Source: Pseudoalteromonas translucida KMM 520 (GTDB taxonomy: Bacteria; Pseudomonadota; Gammaproteobacteria; Enterobacterales; Alteromonadaceae). Taken from it: 32,000 nt of DNA. The first letter of the stretch is position 1. Every line of letters begins with the position of its first letter. Location of the stretch: the NCBI RefSeq assembly GCF_001465295.1, contig NZ_CP011034.1, positions 570,001 through 602,000 of the forward strand, given 5' to 3'. Position numbers and translations under genes: made by a program. Positions 17,839-28,034 of this stretch are shown here, piece by piece. The notes beneath the pieces are model-generated. The model was given only the letters and a program-made list of their open reading frames with translations, was not told the origin of the DNA and did no database searches.

Positions 17839-18091
17839 AATGTTCCATATTATAATTATTATACTTTTTAACACATTAACAATTTACTTATAATTAGTCA
17901 TGAATTGGTGTAAATAAAGGTAAACAGCAGGGCTTTAGTGAGAATTATATATTGTAATTATGCATTGAAAATTAAGCTTCTCGTCGCCATATAATTGCAA
18001 TAAATACCCTTGGATTTCGATCTTTTTGTATTCTTTTGTGATAATATCACTTCATTATCGTGTCGTAGTTATTTAAATATTTGGATTTGTC

Positions 18092-18715
18092 GTGGCGCAA
18101 GTAAGAGCAAGAGTTCAGCTTAATGTTGGCAAGAACAGTGATATTCCCGCTGAAATTATCTCGTTTACTGATTTAAAAGATGGCAAAGAACATATTGCTA
18201 TGGTGTTTAACAACGCAGATACAGAGCAAGATGTGCCGCTTATTCGTATGCATTCAGAGTGTTTAACGGGTGATGTATTTTACTCGTCGCGTTGTGATTG
18301 CGGTGAGCAGTTAAATGAGTGTATTGAAATGATGCACGAACAAGGTGGTATCTTATTATATTTACGCCAAGAAGGCCGTGGCATTGGTTTATATAATAAA
18401 ATAGATGCTTACGTGTTGCAGTCGCAAGGTATGAACACTTATGAGGCAAATAATCATTTAGGTTTTGCCGATGATTTACGTGATTTTTCGGATGCGGTAC
18501 TAATGCTAAATGCGCTTAATTTACCCCATGTTAAATTAATGACCAATAACCCTAAAAAGCTTAATGCACTAAGAGATGCTGGTATTACGGTTGATTCGGT
18601 TGTGGGTACGCACGCACACATTAAAGCCGGTGTTGCGGGTAATAAAGCGTATTTAGAAACCAAAATTAAACATGGCGCGCACATGTTAGATATCAAAAAA
18701 ATTAAAAAACCTTAA
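18092..18715 (+). CDS. ribA: GTP cyclohydrolase II
   Basis: GTG start. Zn-binding Cys cluster [21 protein letters not shown], plus [11 protein letters not shown] and LMTNNPKK. Confidence 0.9.
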   Translation: MAQVRARVQLNVGKNSDIPAEIISFTDLKDGKEHIAMVFNNADTEQDVPLIRMHSECLTGDVFYSSRCDCGEQLNECIEMMHEQGGILLYLRQEGRGIGLYNKIDAYVLQSQGMNTYEANNHLGFADDLRDFSDAVLMLNALNLPHVKLMTNNPKKLNALRDAGITVDSVVGTHAHIKAGVAGNKAYLETKIKHGAHMLDIKKIKKP

Positions 18716-18728
18716 ATTAAGAGTAACT

Positions 18729-19517
18729 ATGTCTACACAATTACGAGTTTTTAAGGCCGATGCTGCCCTAAAGTGGTTTAAAGCAGGCTGGCTTATTTTT
18801 AAAACCCAGCCACTTACTTTTATTTTTATGCATTTATTTATTGGTATTGTTGGCCTGTTGTCGTTATTTTTACCGCTATTACAAGTGGTAGCGGCTTTAG
18901 CCACGCCATTTTTAACCGCAGGATTTTATCAGGCTGTGCTTACTAAGCAGCAGGGCGGTAAAATTATGCTCGCTGATATTCTCAAGCCCATTACCACTAA
19001 AGGTAATCGTTTAGGTTTACTGCGTTTGGCTTTGTACCAAATGGGTGCGGGTATTTTAATGGCATTATTAGCAAACGGTTTATTTGCCGATGCAATTGCG
19101 GTTATGGCGCAGCCAGATTTAGATCCTAATATGGCAATTAGCCAAATGTTAGAAAGTATTTCTATGGCAAGCGTGGTGCTATTTTTATTAGCGTTGTCGG
19201 TTTATTTAACTGCATTCGCTTACGCGGTTCCTTTAGTTTACTTTAATAAAGAACAGCGCATTTTTAGCGCTCTTAAAAACTCCTTTATGGTGTTTTATTA
19301 TAATATTTTACCGCTAAGCGTTTATGCTATTATTTGCGGGTTATTTATTGTGCTTTCGATGTTTTTATCGTTTTTACCCTTGTTGGTTTTAATGCCTATT
19401 TGCTACATTAGCTTTTTTGTATCTTATCAAGCTATTTTTATGCCGGTTGTACCACCAAGTGACGATAGCAATATTACGCCATTAAGTAGTGAATCTAGTG
19501 GGCGTTTTGACGCTTAA
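18729..19517 (+). CDS. Polytopic inner-membrane protein, uncharacterised
   Basis: 262 aa with several hydrophobic helices. 13-nt gap after ribA. Its stop overlaps the recX ATG (TAATG). Confidence 0.65.
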   Translation: MSTQLRVFKADAALKWFKAGWLIFKTQPLTFIFMHLFIGIVGLLSLFLPLLQVVAALATPFLTAGFYQAVLTKQQGGKIMLADILKPITTKGNRLGLLRLALYQMGAGILMALLANGLFADAIAVMAQPDLDPNMAISQMLESISMASVVLFLLALSVYLTAFAYAVPLVYFNKEQRIFSALKNSFMVFYYNILPLSVYAIICGLFIVLSMFLSFLPLLVLMPICYISFFVSYQAIFMPVVPPSDDSNITPLSSESSGRFDA

Positions 19518-19969
19518 TGGATGATAAGTTAAAGCAGAAATTAAAAAACTATGTACTTTGGTTGTTATCAAGGCAAGAATATTCACGCCGAGAATTAACG
19601 TTCAAATTGCAGAAAAAAGAAGCCACAGATGAGTTTATCGAAACCTTGCTTGATTGGTGCGAGAAGCACAATTTTGTAAACGAGCAACGTTACTGTGAAG
19701 GCTTTGTTAGAAAACACATATTTAAATGCCATGGCTTAAGGCGCATTCAAAGCGAAGCTATGGGCAAAGGGATTGACCGTTCATTACTTGAAAAAGTAAT
19801 TGAAGAGCTTGAAGTAGATTGGTTTGAGCTGGCGCAGGATGCGTACAATAAAAAATATTCAAATACACCGGCAGACCTCGAGTACAAAGACAAGGCCAAG
19901 CGCGTGCGCTACCTAATGTATAGAGGCTTTAGCTACGATGAAATCGATTTTGCAATGCAAGCACAGTAA
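19517..19969 (+). CDS. recX: RecA regulator RecX
   Basis: 150 aa with RecX-like helical repeats (YSRRELTFKL..., RYCEGFVRKH..., KRVRYLMYRGFSYDEI). Immediately upstream of alaS, as in many gammaproteobacteria. Confidence 0.8.
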   Translation: MDDKLKQKLKNYVLWLLSRQEYSRRELTFKLQKKEATDEFIETLLDWCEKHNFVNEQRYCEGFVRKHIFKCHGLRRIQSEAMGKGIDRSLLEKVIEELEVDWFELAQDAYNKKYSNTPADLEYKDKAKRVRYLMYRGFSYDEIDFAMQAQ

Positions 19970-19988
19970 ATACGGGTGAGACTTTCAC

Positions 19989-22595
19989 ATGCAGCACATG
20001 ACTACCGCACAAATTAGACAACAGTTTTTAGACTTTTTTGCCAGCAAACAACATCAAGTTGTTCCTTCAAGCTCGCTTATACCGGGTAACGATGCCACTT
20101 TGTTATTTAACAATGCCGGTATGGTGCAATTTAAAGATGTATTTTTAGGCGCAGAAAGCCGCCCTTATACGCGTGCGACTAGCTCGCAGCGCTGTGTACG
20201 TGCTGGCGGTAAGCATAACGATTTAGAAAATGTTGGTTATACTGCGCGTCACCATACATTTTTTGAAATGTTAGGTAACTTTAGTTTTGGTGATTACTTT
20301 AAGCAAGACGCGATTAAATTTGCGTGGCAGTTTTTAACAGAGGAAGTAAAGCTACCTAAAGAAAAGCTGTTAGTTACTATTTACCATGACGATGAAGAAG
20401 CGTTTAACTATTGGTCTAACGATATAGGTTTACCTGCAGATCGTATTATTAGAATTGCCACTGCAGATAACTTTTGGTCAATGGGTGATACCGGTCCGTG
20501 TGGCCCGTGTTCTGAAATATTTTACGACCATGGCGATCATATTTGGGGCGGTCCTCCTGGATCACCTGAGGAAGATGGCGATCGCTTTATCGAAATTTGG
20601 AACCTAGTATTTATGCAGTACAACCGTCAAAACGACGGAACTATGCTACCACTACCTAAGCAATCGGTCGATACAGGTATGGGGCTTGAGCGTATTGCTG
20701 CTATTTTACAAGGTGTGCATTCAAACTATGAAATTGACTTATTTAAAGGCTTAATTGCCGCTGCTGCGAGTGTTACTAATGCACAAGACATGGACGACAA
20801 ATCACTACGCGTAGTGGCGGACCATATTCGTTCGTGTGCATTTTTAATCTCTGATGGAGTTATGCCATCTAACGAAGGCCGTGGTTATGTACTACGTCGT
20901 ATTATTCGCCGCGCTGTTCGCCATGGTAATAAGTTAGGTGCGCAAGGTGCCTTTTTCTATAAATTAGTAGCTGCACTTATTGAGCAAATGGGCCAAGCGT
21001 ACCCAGAGCTTGCAAAGCAACAAGAAATTATTGAAAAAGTATTACGCATTGAAGAAGAGCAGTTTGGTAAAACACTAGAGCGTGGTTTAGCTATTTTAGA
21101 AGAAAGCTTAAGCGACCTTAAAGGTGATGTAATTCCTGGCGACTTAGTATTTAAACTTTACGATACTTATGGCTTTCCTGCGGATTTAACTGCAGATGTG
21201 GCGCGTGAGCGTCAAATGACGATTGATAATAAAGGCTTTGAAGAGTGCATGGCGGTGCAACGTAAAACTGCGCAGCAGGCCGGTAAATTTGGTGCCGATT
21301 ACAACGATCAATTAAAGTCAGACAAACAAACAACTTACAAAGGCTACACCACCACTAGCCATAGTGCGACTGTGGTTGAAGTGTTTACCGGCAGTGAGTC
21401 GGTTTCATTACTAGAAGATGGCCAAAAAGGCATTGTAATACTAGACCGTACGCCATTTTATGCAGAGTCGGGCGGCCAAGTTGGTGATACAGGTGTAATT
21501 AGCGTTGCTGGTGGCGAGTTTACAGTAACTAACACGACTAAATTAGGTAATGCATTTGCACACCACGGTATAGTACAAGGCCGTATTGGTCTTAACGATA
21601 AAGTAGAAGCAACAATTGATGACGCACGCCGTGAACGCATCAAGAAAAACCATACTGCTACGCATATATTACACGAAACACTGCGCCAATTATTAGGCGA
21701 ACATGTAGGTCAAAAAGGCTCGCTAGTTCAAGCAGAGCGTTTGCGTTTTGACTTTTCACATTTTGAAGCTGTTACCAAAGATGAATTACGCGAAATTGAA
21801 CGTGTAGTAAACGATGAAATTCGTTGTAACTTTGCGTTAAGTACCGAGCTTATGGCAATAGATGACGCTAAAGCAAAAGGTGCAATGGCGTTATTTGGCG
21901 AAAAATACGATGACGAAGTACGTGTCGTTACTATTGGAGACTACTCTATTGAGCTTTGTGGTGGTACACATGTTGAACGCGCAGGTGATATTGGTTTATT
22001 CAAAATAGTATCTGAAAGCGGTATTGCTGCGGGTGTTCGCCGTATTGAAGCGGTAACCGGTGCTGACGCGATTGCCTACGTGAGTGAGCAAGAGCAAAAG
22101 CTAAACGATGTAGCTGCTGTTGTTAAAGCCGACAGCGCGTCAGTACTTGAAAAAGTAACAGCGTTGCTTGATAAGTCAAAACAGCTAGAAAAACAAATTG
22201 CGCAACTTAACGATAAGCTAGCAAGTGCTGCGGGTGCATCATTACTTGATTCAGTAGTAGAAATTAACGGTATTAAGCTATTAATAGCCAACGTTAAGGG
22301 CACTGAGTCAAAAGCGCTACGTGGTATGGTTGACGACCTTAAAAACAAAATTGGCTCGGGTGTTATTGCACTAGGTGTTGCAAGCGATGATAAAGTGAGC
22401 TTAATTGCAGGTGTAACTAAAGATTTAACCGGTAGAGTTAAAGCTGGTGAGCTAGTTAACCATATGGCCAGCCAAGTAGGTGGTAAAGGTGGCGGCCGCC
22501 CAGATATGGCACAAGCAGGTGGCTCTGAGCCAGAAAACCTAACTGCAGCATTAGACAGTGTAACAGCTTGGTTTACTGAGAAAACACAAGCTTAA
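19989..22595 (+). CDS. alaS: Alanine--tRNA ligase
   Basis: 868 aa. AlaRS motifs: [18 protein letters not shown], editing-domain HTATHILH and CGGTHV, and the C-terminal DHHA1-like [15 protein letters not shown]. An alternative start exists at ATG 19998. Confidence 0.95.
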   Translation: MQHMTTAQIRQQFLDFFASKQHQVVPSSSLIPGNDATLLFNNAGMVQFKDVFLGAESRPYTRATSSQRCVRAGGKHNDLENVGYTARHHTFFEMLGNFSFGDYFKQDAIKFAWQFLTEEVKLPKEKLLVTIYHDDEEAFNYWSNDIGLPADRIIRIATADNFWSMGDTGPCGPCSEIFYDHGDHIWGGPPGSPEEDGDRFIEIWNLVFMQYNRQNDGTMLPLPKQSVDTGMGLERIAAILQGVHSNYEIDLFKGLIAAAASVTNAQDMDDKSLRVVADHIRSCAFLISDGVMPSNEGRGYVLRRIIRRAVRHGNKLGAQGAFFYKLVAALIEQMGQAYPELAKQQEIIEKVLRIEEEQFGKTLERGLAILEESLSDLKGDVIPGDLVFKLYDTYGFPADLTADVARERQMTIDNKGFEECMAVQRKTAQQAGKFGADYNDQLKSDKQTTYKGYTTTSHSATVVEVFTGSESVSLLEDGQKGIVILDRTPFYAESGGQVGDTGVISVAGGEFTVTNTTKLGNAFAHHGIVQGRIGLNDKVEATIDDARRERIKKNHTATHILHETLRQLLGEHVGQKGSLVQAERLRFDFSHFEAVTKDELREIERVVNDEIRCNFALSTELMAIDDAKAKGAMALFGEKYDDEVRVVTIGDYSIELCGGTHVERAGDIGLFKIVSESGIAAGVRRIEAVTGADAIAYVSEQEQKLNDVAAVVKADSASVLEKVTALLDKSKQLEKQIAQLNDKLASAAGASLLDSVVEINGIKLLIANVKGTESKALRGMVDDLKNKIGSGVIALGVASDDKVSLIAGVTKDLTGRVKAGELVNHMASQVGGKGGGRPDMAQAGGSEPENLTAALDSVTAWFTEKTQA

Positions 22596-23813
22596 GTGGC
22601 ACTTATTGTTCAAAAATTCGGTGGCACTTCGGTTGGCTCAATAGAGCGAATTGAAGCGGTTGCCGACCTCGTTGTTAAAACTAAACAACAAGGCCATCAA
22701 GTGGTTGTGGTGCTCTCGGCTATGTCGGGAGAAACCAACCGCTTAATTAATCTCGCCAAACAAATAGATACTCGGCCAAGTAGCCGTGAACTTGACGTAT
22801 TACTTAGCACCGGCGAGCAGGTTTCGGTGGCTTTATTAGCTATGGCTATTATTAAGCGCGGTCATTCTGCTGTGAGTTTATTAGCCGATCAGGTTAATAT
22901 TTTAACCGATAATATGTTTGGTAAAGCCCGTATTACAGATGTAGCAGCAACGCGTTTAAAACATGAGCTTGAGCATAACCGAATTGCAATTATTACGGGT
23001 TTTCAGGGCCGTGACATTGAAGGAAATGTAACTACATTAGGGCGTGGCGGTACCGATACTTCGGCGGTTGAAATTGCCGGAGCAATAAAAGCTGACGAAT
23101 GTCAGATCTATACCGACGTTAACGGCGTATATACTACAGACCCTCGTGTTGAACCTAATGCACGACGAATGAGCCAAGTCACCTTTGCTGAAATGCTAGA
23201 GTTAGCGAGTTTAGGGGCCAAAGTATTGCATATTCGTTCAGTTGAAGCAGCAGGAAAACACAATGTGCCACTTAGGGTGCTATCAAGTTTTTACCCTGAT
23301 GCTGGTACATTGATTAGTTTTGAGGAGAGTGATATGCCTGGCAATGTCGTTTCGGGTATTGCGTTTAATCGTGATGAATGTTTGATAAATGTAGAGGGTG
23401 TACTGAGTGGTACACAATATCTTGCAAAGATTTTGAAACTTTTTGCAGATAACGGCATCGAAATAGATATGATTAATCAAGTTAATCATAATGTTGACAA
23501 AGTAGACTATGCTTTTACTGTACACACAAATGATTATTTACACGCATTAGACGTTTTAACAGAGCAGCAAGCTCAGTTAACAGCACAAAATATTTTTGGG
23601 TTAACAACAGTAGCTAAAGTATCTGCTGTTGGTATGGGTATGAAGTCACATTCGGGTGTTGCTAGTTTATTTTTTGATGCATTAGCTGCAGAAAATATTA
23701 ACGTTATTTTAGTGTCTACATCAGAAATTAAAATATCGGTTTTAATAGATGAAAAATACCTAGAGTTGGCTGTTCGTGCATTACATAAGATATTTTTAAC
23801 AGAAAATGAATAG
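22596..23813 (+). CDS. lysC: Aspartate kinase (monofunctional, ACT-domain type)
   Basis: GTG start directly abuts the alaS stop. MALIVQKFGGTSVG, VVVLSAMSGETNRL and two C-terminal ACT repeats. The alaS-lysC-csrA order matches Pseudomonas and Vibrio. Confidence 0.9.
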   Translation: MALIVQKFGGTSVGSIERIEAVADLVVKTKQQGHQVVVVLSAMSGETNRLINLAKQIDTRPSSRELDVLLSTGEQVSVALLAMAIIKRGHSAVSLLADQVNILTDNMFGKARITDVAATRLKHELEHNRIAIITGFQGRDIEGNVTTLGRGGTDTSAVEIAGAIKADECQIYTDVNGVYTTDPRVEPNARRMSQVTFAEMLELASLGAKVLHIRSVEAAGKHNVPLRVLSSFYPDAGTLISFEESDMPGNVVSGIAFNRDECLINVEGVLSGTQYLAKILKLFADNGIEIDMINQVNHNVDKVDYAFTVHTNDYLHALDVLTEQQAQLTAQNIFGLTTVAKVSAVGMGMKSHSGVASLFFDALAAENINVILVSTSEIKISVLIDEKYLELAVRALHKIFLTENE

Positions 23814-23903
23814 ATTGATAGGTTTTACTTACTTTTTAGTCTAATTTTCATTAAAATGTTTTAGCGGAATCTTATAATTTTATTGGAACAAGGGAGCAAA
23901 AGA

Positions 23904-24095
23904 ATGCTAATACTAACTCGTAGAGTAGGTGAAACCCTAATGATCGGTGACGAAGTAACCGTTACTGTTCTAGGTGTAAAAGGGAATCAAGTTCGAATCG
24001 GTGTTAACGCACCAAAAGACGTTTCAGTGCATCGTGAAGAGATTTACATGCGTATTCAAGCTGAAAAGTCTAACCCTGAACCTGGCAATGCTTAA
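23904..24095 (+). CDS. csrA: Carbon storage regulator CsrA
   Basis: [51 protein letters not shown] 23904 with GGGAG upstream. The track start at TTG 23883 adds 7 unlikely residues. Confidence 0.95.
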
Positions 24096-24136
24096 TCAGC
24101 AATGTACATAACTTAGTTACATACTGAGTTATTGCC

Positions 24137-24165
24137 AAAAGCCACTCACTGAGTGGCTTTTTTGT
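24137..24165 (+). terminator. csrA terminator, overlapping the 3' end of the convergent gene
   Basis: AAAAGCCACTC-ACT-GAGTGGCTTTTTT. Confidence 0.7.
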
Positions 24166-24613
24166 GTATAAAATTAAGCATTTCGGCAGTTAATATATGC
24201 TTGGATATATACTGCATGCCTTTTTTGTTTTTTAATAGCATGCCGCGCTCTGTGGTGATAACTTCGTTAATATCTGACCACAGTAGTTGGGTATTTTTAT
24301 AAAAGTTGCTTGATTTAATCCCTTCTTCGTCAAAGGTAAGGGTGACCTCAGATCCCGAGGCTTTGCTTAGCATTTGTCTAGTAACCCACCAAGGTCGGCG
24401 ATAATAAAAGGCAATACATTCAAGCACCGCAACCATGATCAGAAAAGATCCTAGGTAATGATCGTCTAAACCATAAATCCCAAATAATCCGAGAGCTATT
24501 AATAGTGCCAATAAAAAGTATTTTGGTTGCGCGCGCTTGCTATGTGCAACTGATTCGTCAAAGCACTCATAAAAATAAGGCTTATCAAGCGTATAGGTTG
24601 TTGTAAGTGTCAT
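24146..24613 (-). CDS. YcxB-like membrane protein (2 TM plus C-terminal bPH-like domain)
   Basis: 155 aa. Two adjacent TM helices (YFLLALLIALGLFGIYGL, LGSFLIMVAVLECIAFYY) followed by a soluble domain. Family assignment is from memory. Confidence 0.6.
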   Translation of the reverse strand: MTLTTTYTLDKPYFYECFDESVAHSKRAQPKYFLLALLIALGLFGIYGLDDHYLGSFLIMVAVLECIAFYYRRPWWVTRQMLSKASGSEVTLTFDEEGIKSSNFYKNTQLLWSDINEVITTERGMLLKNKKGMQYISKHILTAEMLNFIHKKATQ

Positions 24614-24767
24614 ATAGGAGTTCTTAAAACATAATTATAGGCATTTTAACAAGCTAACCAGTAAATGCGCAGTTATATAATAAATAACTGTATAATAGAT
24701 AAAGATTTTGGCGTTTATTATTTATCTGATCCAATCTTAAGTTTAGATGTTATTTTATTACACGCAT

Positions 24768-24800
24768 AAAAAAACGGCTCATTTTAGAGCCGTTTTTTTA
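24768..24800. terminator. Bidirectional terminator
   Basis: AAAAAAACGGCTC-ATTTTA-GAGCCGTTTTTTT. Confidence 0.75.
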
Positions 24801-24814
24801 ATAAATTAGAAGAA

Positions 24815-25006
24815 TTAACAGTTAGTTTCTTCTGCATTTACACCTTCTTTTACTTCTTCACATGCATCTTCAACTTTGTTTTGCACGTCAGTTACTGCTT
24901 CGTCAATACGTTCACCAGCATCTTCTGCATGGTTATCTTCACAACCCATAATAAATAAACTTGCGAATAGGCCAATTAGTGCTGCTCTTAAAGTTGTCGA
25001 ATTCAT
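24815..25006 (-). CDS. Small acidic lipoprotein (63 aa), hypothetical
   Basis: Lipobox LFIMGC after a hydrophobic signal sequence. AAGGA Shine-Dalgarno 8 nt upstream. The mature part is about 40 aa, very acidic, and ends in Cys. Confidence 0.6.
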   Translation of the reverse strand: MNSTTLRAALIGLFASLFIMGCEDNHAEDAGERIDEAVTDVQNKVEDACEEVKEGVNAEETNC

Positions 25007-25072
25007 AATGTAATTCCTTGTAAATTTTGATTTAAATGATTTTTAATTAGTTTTAAAGCTTTAGTTTGTTAC

Positions 25073-25243
25073 CTAGGGCTTTTTGCCACGTAGGGCACCC
25101 GATACTAAAGATATAACTAAAAGTACTAAAAATATAAAAAATATAATTTTTGCAATACCCGCTGCGGCGCCTGCTATACCACCAAAACCTAACACTGCAG
25201 CAATTAAAGCAATTACTAAAAAAGTGATTGTCCAGCGTAACAT
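25073..25243 (-). CDS. ytjA: UPF0391/DUF1328 small membrane protein, YtjA family (56 aa)
   Basis: Hand translation of the minus strand gives [56 protein letters not shown], close to E. coli YtjA ([22 protein letters not shown]...). AAGGAG lies 6 nt upstream of the ATG. It is missing from the ORF track because it is under 60 aa. Confidence 0.8.
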   Translation of the reverse strand: MLRWTITFLVIALIAAVLGFGGIAGAAAGIAKIIFFIFLVLLVISLVSGALRGKKP

Positions 25244-25664
25244 TGTATTCTCCTTGGTTTATCAAATTTGCTCAATGAATATAATGCGAGTTACGTGCCA
25301 TTGTTTTTTTGCTTTTAAATCAATGGTTTGTTTTTATTTGTTTTTTTTGGCGCGCACTCAATGGTAAGTTTTACGCTTTGCTGTGTAATTTATTCATACT
25401 GATATAAGTGACTATGGATGTTAGTTTTTTATAAGAGAAGTTAACGCATATTGACCTTTGTGAGCTGAGTTTAGGGGCTATTTAATTGCAGCGCTTGATT
25501 TGCAAGCATAGTGGGCTTAATAACAACTGCGTTATTTGTGTAGTGATAAGTAAAGTTTAGTAGCGCTTGTGAACTTTACTAATAGGGATTATTTACAGCT
25601 ATATAAGTAATAAAAATAACGGTGGCTATTTAAATGATTGAATAATTAACAAGTTCACTTGGTA

Positions 25665-25684
25665 TGACCAATTGACATTGGTCA
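25665..25684. promoter_or_regulatory. Perfect 8-4-8 palindrome, candidate operator
   Basis: TGACCAAT-TGAC-ATTGGTCA, about 300 bp upstream of oadG. Confidence 0.4.
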
Positions 25685-25857
25685 AATTGCTTCATATTAA
25701 TGTGATTGTTAGCACTTTACTTTAAGTGCTTTATTAACGGATTTTAGGTCTCCTATATAACTTTTATTTATATTCACTATTTTTATTGTCTATGTAATAG
25801 CGTGTATCTAGTCCTTTTTGTAGTGTTAAGTTAATTAATAGCATGTTAGTTTTGTTT

Positions 25858-25876
25858 AAATTGGTTTTACCAATTT
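25858..25876. promoter_or_regulatory. Perfect 8-3-8 palindrome, candidate GntR/FadR-type operator
   Basis: AAATTGGT-TTT-ACCAATTT (core TGGT-N3-ACCA), 106 bp upstream of the oadG ATG. Confidence 0.4.
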
Positions 25877-25981
25877 ACAGGCTATAGACAAAGTACTGTT
25901 TTTTGTTATTATTTGGTGAATAATTATTTACGTAAAACGATTTTTTATTTTGATTTCGGTATGTTTTTATAGGAGAGGAAA

Positions 25982-26227
25982 ATGGATATCGCTGCTTTAC
26001 TTACAACAGCAAGCAACTTAATGCTAACCGGTATGGTGGGGGTGTTTGTGTTTCTGTCATTATTAATTACCTGCGTTACGGTTATGTCTAGGCTGGTATC
26101 TCGCTTTGCAGAGCCTGAGCTTGCAACACCTGCCAGAACACCGTCTTTTAAATCACAAGGTGTGCCTAATGAGCACATCGCCGCAATTAGTGCTGCCATT
26201 GCTCAGTACAAAACAAACAATAATTAA
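25982..26227 (+). CDS. oadG: Oxaloacetate decarboxylase gamma subunit
   Basis: 81 aa with a single N-terminal TM (LMLTGMVGVFVFLSLLI). AGGAGAGG SD. Directly upstream of oadA and oadB. Confidence 0.8.
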   Translation: MDIAALLTTASNLMLTGMVGVFVFLSLLITCVTVMSRLVSRFAEPELATPARTPSFKSQGVPNEHIAAISAAIAQYKTNNN

Positions 26228-26239
26228 AGGAGCACTTAA

Positions 26240-28021
26240 ATGGCTAAATTAAAATTAACAGAACTGGTACTACGTGACGCGCATCAATCATTGTTAGCAA
26301 CTCGTATGCGCCTTGATGATATGCTACCGATTGCAAAAAAGCTTGATGATGCAGGTTATTGGTCTATTGAGTCGTGGGGCGGGGCTACGTTTGATTCGTG
26401 TATTCGTTATTTAGGTGAAGATCCTTGGGAGCGTATTCGCGCACTAAAAAAAGCGATGCCAAATACTAAACAGCAAATGCTATTACGCGGTCAAAATTTA
26501 TTAGGTTACCGCCATTATGCTGACGATGTGGTAGAAAAATTTGTAGAGCGCGCCCATAAAAATGGCGTTGATGTATTTCGTATATTCGATGCAATGAACG
26601 ATGTGCGTAATCTTGAAACGGCAATTAAAGCGGCTATAAAAGTAGGCGCACATGCCCAAGGGACTATTTCTTATACAGTAAGCCCAGTTCATACGCTAGA
26701 TATGTGGTTAACGCTAGCTAAGCAGCTGGAAGATTTAGGCTGTCATTCAATTTGTATTAAAGATATGGCGGGTTTATTAAAGCCGTACGATGCTGAAAAA
26801 CTAATTAAAGCACTAAAAGAAACTGTATCTATTCCAATTGCAATGCAGTGCCACGCCACAACAGGGTTAAGTACTGCTACTTATCAAAAAGCGATTGATG
26901 CAGGCATTGATATGCTTGATACCGCGATTTCATCTATGAGTATGACTTACGGACACACCGCAACAGAAACGATTGTATCGATAGTTGAAGGAACTGAGCG
27001 TGATACTGACCTTGATTTAAATCACCTTGAAGAAATTGCTGCTTACTTTAGAGATGTACGTAAAAAATATGCGGCATTTGAAGGTAGCTTAAAAGGGGTT
27101 GATGGTCGTATTTTACTCGCGCAAGTACCTGGTGGCATGTTAACTAACATGGAAAACCAGCTTAAAGAGCAAGGCGCAGCAGATAAGCTTAATGAAGTTT
27201 TACTTGAGATCCCACGTGTACGTGAAGATTTAGGCTTTTTACCACTTGTTACACCAACGTCGCAAATTGTAGGCACTCAAGCGGTACTTAATGTACTAAC
27301 GGGTGAGCGCTATAAAACAATTACGAAAGAAACAGCTGGCGTATTAAAAGGTGAATATGGCCTAACACCAGCACCAATGAATAAAGAACTACAAGAGCGT
27401 GTGCTTGATGGGGCCGAGGTAATTACGTGTCGTCCTGCAGATAATATTGCACCTGAGCTTGCAACGCTTGAGGCTGAGTTATTAAAAGAAGTACAAGAGC
27501 AAGGTTTAACTCTTGCTGATGAGCAAATTGATGACGTACTAACGTATGCATTATTCCCACAGGTTGGTTTGAAATTTATTAAAAACCGTAACAATCCAGA
27601 TGCATTTGAGCCAGTACCTTCTATTGAAGATAAAAGCAATAAAGTACCCTCTAAATCAGCTTCAAATAATAACAGCGTTAAAGCTGAGCAGTACAGCGTA
27701 AAAGTAGACGGTAAAGTTTACGACGTTGTAGTAGCGCAAGGCGGCGAGCTTAAAGAAGTTACATTAAAAGACTCAGAACACATTCCTCAGTCTGCTTCGG
27801 TTGCATCAGGCGAAACACTTAACGCGCCTTTAGCCGGTAATATTTTTAAGATAAAGGTAAAAGCAGGGCAAGTTGTTAATGAAGGTGATGTAGTGATTAT
27901 TATGGAAGCCATGAAAATGGAAACTGAAATACGCGCTACGCATACAGGAACAATTGCTGAAGTGTTAGTTGGTGAAGGCGATGCTGTAACTACCGGCGAC
28001 GCTATGATTGCATTAGCTTAG
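26240..28021 (+). CDS. oadA: Oxaloacetate decarboxylase alpha subunit (carboxyltransferase plus biotinyl domain)
   Basis: N-terminal TIM-barrel carboxyltransferase ([17 protein letters not shown]) and a C-terminal biotin attachment motif EAMKMET. Confidence 0.92.
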   Translation: MAKLKLTELVLRDAHQSLLATRMRLDDMLPIAKKLDDAGYWSIESWGGATFDSCIRYLGEDPWERIRALKKAMPNTKQQMLLRGQNLLGYRHYADDVVEKFVERAHKNGVDVFRIFDAMNDVRNLETAIKAAIKVGAHAQGTISYTVSPVHTLDMWLTLAKQLEDLGCHSICIKDMAGLLKPYDAEKLIKALKETVSIPIAMQCHATTGLSTATYQKAIDAGIDMLDTAISSMSMTYGHTATETIVSIVEGTERDTDLDLNHLEEIAAYFRDVRKKYAAFEGSLKGVDGRILLAQVPGGMLTNMENQLKEQGAADKLNEVLLEIPRVREDLGFLPLVTPTSQIVGTQAVLNVLTGERYKTITKETAGVLKGEYGLTPAPMNKELQERVLDGAEVITCRPADNIAPELATLEAELLKEVQEQGLTLADEQIDDVLTYALFPQVGLKFIKNRNNPDAFEPVPSIEDKSNKVPSKSASNNNSVKAEQYSVKVDGKVYDVVVAQGGELKEVTLKDSEHIPQSASVASGETLNAPLAGNIFKIKVKAGQVVNEGDVVIIMEAMKMETEIRATHTGTIAEVLVGEGDAVTTGDAMIALA

Positions 28022-28034
28022 GAGTAAATAGAGG

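Noticed and set aside
17875-18091. FMN riboswitch upstream of ribA
   Set aside because: I looked for the conserved FMN-element core (GGGCGGGG-type / ACCGGCGGT-like segments) and found none. The region is plain AT-rich promoter DNA.
22560-22600. Lysine riboswitch or leader upstream of the aspartokinase gene
   Set aside because: The GTG start directly abuts the alaS stop codon, so there is no room for a leader.
25053-25367. Track ORFs 25053..25265 (-) and 25083..25367 (+)
   Set aside because: They are wrong-frame or antisense readings of the YtjA-family gene (25073..25243, minus strand). Their sequences are low-complexity and they lack an SD.
25270-25981. CsrB/RsmZ-type sRNA near csrA in the long non-coding region
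   Set aside because: CsrA-sponge RNAs carry many GGA motifs in hairpin loops. This region has only a handful of GGA triplets and none in a repeated stem-loop context.
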